From: a virus | DNA length: 64,000 nt | Direction: 5' to 3' (one strand) | IMG/VR virus record: IMGVR_UViG_3300027575_000001 | Span: 1 to 64,000 of that record | Shown: positions 51,684 through 60,600 of the stretch, piece by piece | How the letters are laid out: every line of letters starts with the position of its first letter | How positions within the stretch are numbered: the stretch's first letter is position 1 | The notes under the pieces: model-generated | Told to the model about the DNA's origin: nothing | What the model saw: only the letters and a program-made list of their open reading frames with translations | Databases searched by the model: none | Program-made: the position numbers and the translations under genes

Positions 51684-54600
51684 ATGGCAACGACGCCCAT
51701 CCAATTGTCCGATTCCGACCTCGACAGCGGAAGCCAGCAGGCTCCTGCGCAGCCGGTCTCTCTCTCCTCATCTGACATCGACCCGCAGAGCCAGCCGGGT
51801 CCTGTCAATCCATATTCCGACGCAGCTATGGTTGGCACTGCGCCGCGCGAGGGATTCTGGCATTCACTGGGCGCGACCTTCGGGATGACTCCCGAAGCTG
51901 CGCAGGCTCAAAGAGATGAATTTACGCGACATCCAGTGAGATCGACCATTGAAGACATTGGCGGTCCTGCCGTTTCGGGAGCCGAGGGCCTCTACCGCGG
52001 TTTTATGCGCACTACCGATGAGGCCGGACAGGCTGTAACTGCGGCGCAGCAGGGCAATCCGTACTCAGCCGCAGAGCATGCCGCCTACGCGCTGCCTTTT
52101 GTTGGTGAGGGGATCAAAAGGGGGGTAGAGCAACTTGGACCGGACGGCGAGGTCACTCCTGCTTCTGTAGGAACGGCATTGGGCACTGCGATTCAAACAG
52201 CGCCGATGTTGACCGGTGGTGGAGAGGCTGTCAAGACCATAGAGACGCCTGGCGAAGTATTGCCCCCTCCCGGCGAATTGCCTCCTCCGTCGTCCCCCCC
52301 TCCCACGCCCCCAACGATCGAAGGCGGCGGAGCAGGAGGAAGCGCCCCCGAAAGTCTGCAACTGGGAGGGGGCCGTGGTGGCGTTGCTACTGCTACGCGC
52401 ACTCAAACAACACAAGCACCGACGGTAATCCCTGCCAAACTACCGCTAGCCGCCACGCTTCCCCCCGAACTCGAAGCTCTGCAGGCGCGCGCCTCTCAGG
52501 CGACGGACGCCGCGCACGCGGCCGGGCAGGAACTGTTAAAGGCGCAAAGAGCGCAGCGCGCTGCACAGGCCGCTGGTGAACCAGTCCAACCGATCGATCC
52601 TGAATTGGTTCAGAGAGCGCAATATCTTCGCGCACAAGCGCAGGACCTGAACACAACGGCTATGCGCACCAGTGAGGAGTGGCGCAAAGGCCCTTCCCAA
52701 TGGGAGGCGGATCCTGCCGGGCGACAAACCACCGTCCCGAGTCCTGCCGAAGTCGGCGCCGATTACGTCGCCAAAGTGAAAAGCGGAATTCCCCCACAGA
52801 TCGCTGCGGCCGGTCTCGGGATGACCCGCCAGGACCAAGAAACTGTTCACGTGGCGGCCTTCTTTACGCCGTCCGCCGTCGCCACTGCTGCGGCTTCTAA
52901 TAAGCAGCCAGTGGCCCCCCAACAAACAGCCCCTACGCCGCCACCGCAATCGCCCAATCCGGTTGCTATGCAGCAGCAGGCCCAGCAGGCGACAATCGCC
53001 GAAACCGCTGCGCAAGCCCAGGGAATCAAAGCGAAGGCCGACGATATTGCGATGGGCATCCCCCCGCCGAAGCCGCCGCAGGTCCCCATGCCCGCGGGAA
53101 TGGATCAGGGTGCGCTCACGCAGGACACGGTGAATCTGGCTGGCTCGGTCATCATGCGTTTGCCAGCGATGCAGCGCCCTGTCGCGATCAGGGAATCGGT
53201 GGGAAACCTCGCCAACTGGATGCTCGCCACGCGCACGGTAGTCGCACCAGACGGAACCGTAGTCAACGTGGATAGCCAGAAGACGGCACAGACCGAGGCC
53301 GTGAACGTCATCAACAACGAGATCGGCAGGCAGAACGAACTGATTAAAGCTCAGCACGATGCCCAGCAGGACGCCGCGAAAGAGCGCCAGGAAAGCGCCC
53401 AGCAAGCGCAGGAGGAACGTGACGAGGCAATCCGACCCACCGAAACAGCCAAGAAGTCCACAGGAAATGCAGAGCCAGTGGAAATCCCGGACACGCCTGC
53501 TACTCAGAAGGCTGCTGTTGCGCTTGCGCGCGCGCCGATGGACGCGACCTCGGAACAACTTGACGCCCTGATTCGCAGGACCGCGACCGTCACAATGCCG
53601 GTGCGCAAAGCGATGGTCGAGCGGGAAATTCAGCGTCGGGCCAACCGGCAGGAAGATCACAACCAGGCCGGGATGATGGGCGAGCCGATCCCGCCAGGCC
53701 AGAGCCGCGAGGAACTGCAGCGCTGGGCCGATGCTGTAAAGAAAGGCGAACATCCGTTCATTCATGTTCCCGCCAACGTCGCGTGGAAGCCTGCTGGAGT
53801 GGAGGACCTCACGCGCACGCCAGTCAAGGGCGCGGGGACGTTCAGCGGGACCTACTACCACGCGAAGGAGATCGAGGCCGCAGACATTCGTAAAGCGGCG
53901 CGGGACAAAAAGAATCCCCAAGGTGAACTGGATAAGCTGGTCGCCAAGTTCAAAGGGGAAGCGAGTCCTGTTGAACTGAAGGATGAAGACGTTGCGCAGG
54001 TCCACAAGTACGGCAACACTCAGGCCGACATTCCTGACAACTCTGACGCTGGCCGTGCGCTGGCTGCGCTTCGCCAGACAATCAGCCCCGCAGACCTGAT
54101 GGGCGAAGGGCTGGTAAAGGACGCGCACATCACCGTGCGGTATGGCATCGATGGGACCGACACGGCTGGAATCAGGGCATATCTTGAAAAGCAAGCGCCC
54201 TTCCAAGCTACTCTCGGCAAGACAACGGCATTCCCGCCCAGCGAGCATTCAGACGGCGCTGCACCAATCGTCGTCGCCGTAGAGGCCGCGGATCTGCGCA
54301 GGATGGAAAAGGAGCTAGATCAGCACGGGAAGTTTGTCGAGCGGTCGTTCCCTGATTACAAGCCTCACGCAACAGTGGCCTACGTCAAGCCGGAAGCGGC
54401 CAAGAAGTACACAGGACTCGCAACTGCCGAGGGCAAGACCTTTACCGTCAGTTCGGTATCCATCTCCAAGCAAGACGGCAGTATCGAGGAAATCGCATTC
54501 AAGGGCCGTTCTCCAGTTGTTACCTCGGAAGCGCCAAAGGGAGAACAGCCAGCTAACAAACCTGAGATGAAAGCGGCTGAACCTGAGACGAAACGCGGCG

Positions 54601-57600
54601 AAGTCGGCATGATGCTGGCTCCCGGTGAGACGGTCTTGACTGTGACAGGACGCAAGACGACACCTTTCCCCCGGGTGGATACCAGCACCAATGGAAAGGC
54701 TACGAACACCGTCAAGCGTGTTGACCAGTGGCTCATGGATAACGCCATCCTTGAGGCGCAATCCCGGCATGACGAGTTCAACCTGCGCCAGTTCCAACAG
54801 AACAGCCAGAAGCCGTCTCCCGCCGACAAGGACTCAGCCGAGATGTACCTGTTCGACAAGGACAGCGTACAGCCGATTCCTAAGCCGTTCTTGAAACCGT
54901 TGCCCGCCCCAGCCGCCAAAGCCATCACCGCCCTAGTCGATGAGCAAGCCTCGCAGGACCCCACTGCAACCCTCGATAGCGTCCTGCGGGACAAGGACAC
55001 AGGACACTTTGTTGCCCAAGCTCTGGTAAACGATGGTATCCTCACCAGTAGTGCAGAAAACGTGAACCCGAGAAACGCTCTACTAACGACTTCCGCCAGA
55101 GCCAAAGTAGGGGATGCGCTCCTAGGTGAACTGTTGCCTGCTGAAGTGATTGAGCAGACGCCTGACTTCCTGAAACAGAAACTCTTGGGCACGATGGGCA
55201 GCATCAAAGCCATCGCTGGCGCTGAGGACGGCTGGAACCTCAAGCCTCATATCGTTGCCGCCGCCGAACGGTACGATCAAATCTTCCGTGGGCTTGATAC
55301 CCACGAGCAGGGTCCTGTCGTCGAGGCGATTCTCAAGAAGCTGGACGAGCCGATCGACAAGATGCGGCAGGCATTCTCGTCGTTCGCAGTCGCCGCCACG
55401 AATCACGATCCAAGCGATAAACCGTTCTTCGATTTCAACCTGGCTTTCGGAACGGAACTGACGCAAGAGCAGTACGAGAAGGGGCTGAAGCTGGTTGAGA
55501 AGGCCGCCAAGGGAGAGCCTGTAAAGGTCAGCCAGCACACATCGGAGATGGCACTCATGCGCGCTGACTCCACGCCTATGCTTGACATTCATCACGAGCC
55601 GACCGGATGGCTGAAAGTTGAGCACGACAACGGCACCGTTCTCGTTCACCCTCACGAGAACACGATGATCTACTTCACCAGCAAGGATCGCCGGTCTGGA
55701 ACTGAGGCCATGCGCGCTAAAGCCGAGGCGCAAGCATATGCCATCGACAATCCAGTTGCTCCGAAGCCTACCGGCCCGGCCGGAGAGTTGATCGTCAAGC
55801 CGCTCTTCCAGCAGCAGGAAGCCAAGCCTCTCGCCAAGGGCGACAGGGTAACCTACAGGACCAACAAAGGGAAAGAGCGCACCGGAGAAGTAGCTTGGAC
55901 CGACGGCAAAAAGGTGCGGATCGCGGACAACGGCTCGACTGTCAACAAGAACATCGAGGATGTAAGTCCTGTAAAAGCCGCGAGCGCCGAGGAATCGAAG
56001 GGCGAGCCAACTGGCGAAGCAACCCTCGTTGACGCGCTGCAATTGAAGTTTGAGCACGGCGCAGGACCGAAGGACTACAACGGCCTGAAAAAGATCGTCA
56101 CTGAGTTCGATGGCAAGGAACCTGACCAGCTCCGCATGAAGGAGGCTCAGGAAGCCTACGAGGCCATGCTGAACCGGGTCGCCTCCGAGATCATCACCAG
56201 CCAAGCAAAGAACTTTGGAGCGAGCACTTCTGGTAATCAGCGTGTCTTTGAACGCCTTGTAGGCCTCTACCAGGGCCAGCCCAACCTTGCTATCAGGACC
56301 AGCACCAGCATCGGGAACCAGGCCTATTCGACGCCACTCCCACTCGCCTTCGTGGCCGACCGCTTTGCCGGGGTCGACTGGCACAGCACGGTCTATGAGC
56401 CCACGGCTGGCAATGGGGCGCTGCTGATCGCTGCAAACCCCGAGAAGACCGCAGCGAACGAGTTGGACCCGGCGCGCGCGCAGACTCTTAAGGACGAGGG
56501 ATTCAACGTCGAGAGCCACGATGCAACTGTCTGGACACCGAACAATCGCTATGACGCCGTAGTCGCAAACCCGCCGTTCGGCAACCTTCCGGGTCCTGTC
56601 AAAGTGGATGGGTACAACATCGTAAAACTGGACCATCTGATCGCAGCCAAAGCTCTCGGCGTGATGAAGGACGCCGGAAAAGCTGCAATCATCCTCGGCG
56701 CAGGATCCAGAGAAGAGGCTGGCGAAGTCACGAACGCTGCTCGTCCCTTCTTTAATTGGCTCTACGCTCACTACAACGTGGTCTCTGATTTTGAACTCGA
56801 GGGAGACCTTTACTCACGCCAGGGTGCAGCATGGCCTGTGCGTGTGATCGCCATTGACGGCCGGGTTCGCTCCGCCAAAGTGAGTCCCGTTGCCGACACC
56901 ATTCCACGCTTGAAAACATGGGAGGAAGTTTATGACAAAGCTGCTGAATATCTGGGCTCCAATCTTGAAGGACAGCGACCGGCAGGTAATGTCGCTGGCG
57001 GTGCCGTGCGGGCCGAAAGCCCCGACACCGGAGCAATACCGGGAACTGTTGCAGGACGAAATCAGCCGGCTGATCGAGGAGAATCCTCAGCGGGCCCGGC
57101 AGGACCTCGAAGCGATGGGGGGACCAAGTTACAGCCCGGACCTATCCAACATAGCGGTCGGGTCCCCGACCCAGGAGTGGGGACCACAGATAGCACAGTT
57201 AGACCAAATGGGGATGTTGCTCGCTCAGATCGACTGGCAGAAGGAGAACCCCCCGCGCGAGTTGTCAGAAGACAATCTGCCGAGCCTGATGGACATCCTG
57301 CAAATGCTCTGAGTCCTATCGATACGATCGTCGACGAAAGCAACCAGTTCCAATCGAGCTACCGGCCCCACTCCGCGAAGAAGGACGTTGCAGTGATGGC
57401 GCCCAAGGCTCTGATAGGACCCATGCAGCAAGCGATGGACCGCGTTGCGGAGGAAGCTGGCGACATCGACGAGTGGGTGACGAACGAATTAGGTTACCCT
57501 GACGTCAAGACAATGCATGAGGCTTTCATGGGCATCCAGACGGACGCCATCGCCGCGGCAATTCATCAGATGCAGCGCGGGAAAGCTATCGTGGTTGGAG

Positions 57601-60600
57601 ATCAGACCGGCGTAGGAAAGGGCCGCGTAGCAGCAGCCATGATCCGCTGGGCGGAACTTCACAGCCATACGCCCGTTTTTGTCACTGAAAGTGCGCCCCT
57701 ATTCTCGCCGATGTACGCGGACCTGCAGGACATTGGCTCGGGGCAGACGATCTCTCCGCTGCTCTTCAACGCAGACGCTTCGATCACTGATGCGAGGACC
57801 GGAAGCAAAATCTTCCAGAATCCCGGCGCCATGCGTCCTGTGCTCGACAGGATTCGAGAGACGGGCGAGTTGCCGAAGGGACGCAACGCCGTCTTTCTTA
57901 CCTACTCGCAAATCAATACCGACAACCGACAACAGTTGACGCTTCAGCGGATCGCCGAGAACGCGGTATTCGTCCTCGACGAGAGCCACAACGCAGGGGG
58001 CGATTCGAATACGGGCAATTTCCTCTCCGAGTTGCTGACAGGATCAAAAGGTGTTGTCTTCCTGTCGGCTACCTGGGCCAAGCGTCCTGACAATCTGCCG
58101 CTCTACGCGGGGAAGACGGACATCTCGATCGCCATTCCTGATCGAGCCAAAGTTGCCGACGCAATCATGGCCGGCGGTGCACCGCTGCAAGCCGTCCTCA
58201 CAAGCCTGCTGGCTGAGACTGGCCAGTTTGTGAGGCGCGAGCGCTCTTTCGACGGGATTGAAATTAAGAATCTCGTGGACGAGGCGAACAAGGCCGAGGA
58301 CACGCGGATCTCTGACAAGGTGACTGAAGTCCTGCGCGCCATCGTGAAAGCCGACTCGATGTACCACAACCTCGATTTTGAGCGGATTAAGGCGCAAGCC
58401 ATGACACGCGGCGGTGGTGCACAGAGCAAAGTGCAGCCGATTCAGCATATGGAGTTCTCGTCTGTCGTTCACAACATGGTGAAGCAACTCCTGCTAGCGC
58501 TTAAGGCAGATACGGCCGCAGACGAAATCATTGCGTCCATCCAGCGCGGCGAAAAGCCAGTGTTCGCGCTCGAAAACACGATGGGCGCATTCCTCGACAG
58601 CTACATCGGTGGTCACAACCTGAAAGAAGGTGATTCCCTCAAAGACCTGGATTATTCGAGGATTAGCGATCGCGCCCTGATGCGCACTCGCTATTACAAC
58701 GAGACCGATGTGCAGGGCAACAAAACCCGCGTTGAGGTTCCGTTGGATGACCTGAGCGCGCCGGTGCGCGAGGCCTACGATGAGGCCCAGGCCCTGATCG
58801 ACAATCTGAAAGTTGATCTTCCCGTTTCGCCCATCGACTACATCAGGAACAAAGTCGAGAAGGCCGGATACAAGATTGCGGAGATTACCGGCCGCACCGC
58901 GAGAATCGACTACAGCGGCGACACTCCGAAGCTCGGCACGGTTCCAGGCATTGAGAAAAAAGATCGCGTCAACACGGCGACTCAATTCAACAACGGCGGT
59001 CTGGACGCGCTGATTATCAACCGCGCCGGATCGACCGGCATCTCTCTCCACGCTTCCGAGAAGTTCCGCGACCAACGCCCGCGGCACATGATTATCGGCC
59101 AGCCTGCCGGGGACGTCAACATCGTCATGCAGATTCTCGGCCGCGTCAACAGGACCGGCCAACTCGTTCTCCCGCGGTACACATTCCTCGCTGTGGCGCT
59201 CCCGGCTGAGATGCGTCCGGCGATCAACCTCGCAAAGAAGATGAAGTCGCTGAACGCGAACGTTTCGAGCAATACCCGCGCGGCGACATCGATTCAGGCC
59301 GTAGACCTGATGAACAAATATGGCGACAGGACCGTAGGGCAGTACCTCTTTGATAATCCCGAGATGAGCCGGTTGCTAGGCCTGAGCGCGGATACTAACG
59401 AGAAGGGAGAGCCCGGCGCGAACGAGGGCCTGGCGATGAAGGCGACCGGCCATTCGGCGTTGCTGCCTGTAGTTCAGCAGCAGGAGTTCATGGATTCAAT
59501 CTCGGAGGCGTACACAAACTACATCGACTTCCTCGACGAGACCGGCCAGAACGATCTTGAGCCACGGACCTATGACTACTCGGCGCGCGAACTCGACAGC
59601 AAGCGGATGTATCAGGGAACAGATTCGAGTTCGCCATTCGGACAGGACGCGACCTACGGCGAGTACTCGATCAAACGCCAGGGCAAGCCGTTTACCCCCG
59701 AAGAGGTCATGCAGCGGATCGCTGACACGTCTGGGCAAGAGGCAATGAAACTTGCACCCCATGAGCGCGATACGCTTGCAGCCCGCGCGTTGGCCGCTCA
59801 CTTCGAGGAACTCTACACGCCCTATTACGCAGGACTCGTGGCAGCCAGTTCGATGGAGCGCGCACAGCAGATGCGCACCCGCGGCCGTCAACTCCTGAAC
59901 GACTACCGGGTGGGAACCGGAGTTCGCATTGAGATCAATGGCGAGTCCTACAACGGCGTCGTGACTAATATCGAGGGAGCAAAAAAGCCCTCTGGAAATC
60001 CCTATGCCCCGAGTTCGCTGCAATTCACCATCGCCGTGAACAGCGGCCTACGGCAGACCAAGGTTCCCGGCTCGCAGATGGACGCGCTGGTCACGTCGAA
60101 CCTCGGGCGCAATGCTGACGTGCGCCAACTCTTCAAGGATTACGGCAGCGACCGGCAGAAGGCCAAGATCATCACCGGAAACCTCTTGGGCGCGTTCGGT
60201 GAATTAAAGCAGGGCGCAAAAGGCAGGATTATTAGCTTTACGATGGAGGACGGAACATCGAAGCTGGGCATCCTCATGCCGTCGAAATTCGACATCAACA
60301 CCGATGTTGAGGGAACCTACGCCATGCGCACGCCCGAGGGTGCTGAGAAGTTCCTCGAGGAGAACGGCTCATATCTCCAGAGCAGCGGATCGGAGATCGG
60401 GGTTTTCGGTCCTACCAATTCACGGGACGAAATGGAGATCAGGACCAAGATGTCGAAGGCGGCATCTGGCAAGTTCTTCCTGGATCCCAAACTGCTCGAA
60501 ACCGTGCAGGGCGGCGAGTTCGCGTCGAGCAGCGGCTTGATGAAAGCCACGGTGAAGGAAGGTCACGAACTGGATGCGCTCAAGGCCATCATGGGCAAGA

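Noticed and set aside
52536-56771. Long antisense ORFs inside the giant gene (52536-54248, 570 aa; 55122-56771, 549 aa). Similar antisense ORFs are 37303-38400, 62676-63590, 33246-33791 and 35704-36369.
   Set aside because: These are typical high-GC shadow ORFs. They are Arg/Gly/Leu-rich, have no RBS, have no recognisable motifs, and are fully overlapped by strongly supported sense genes.
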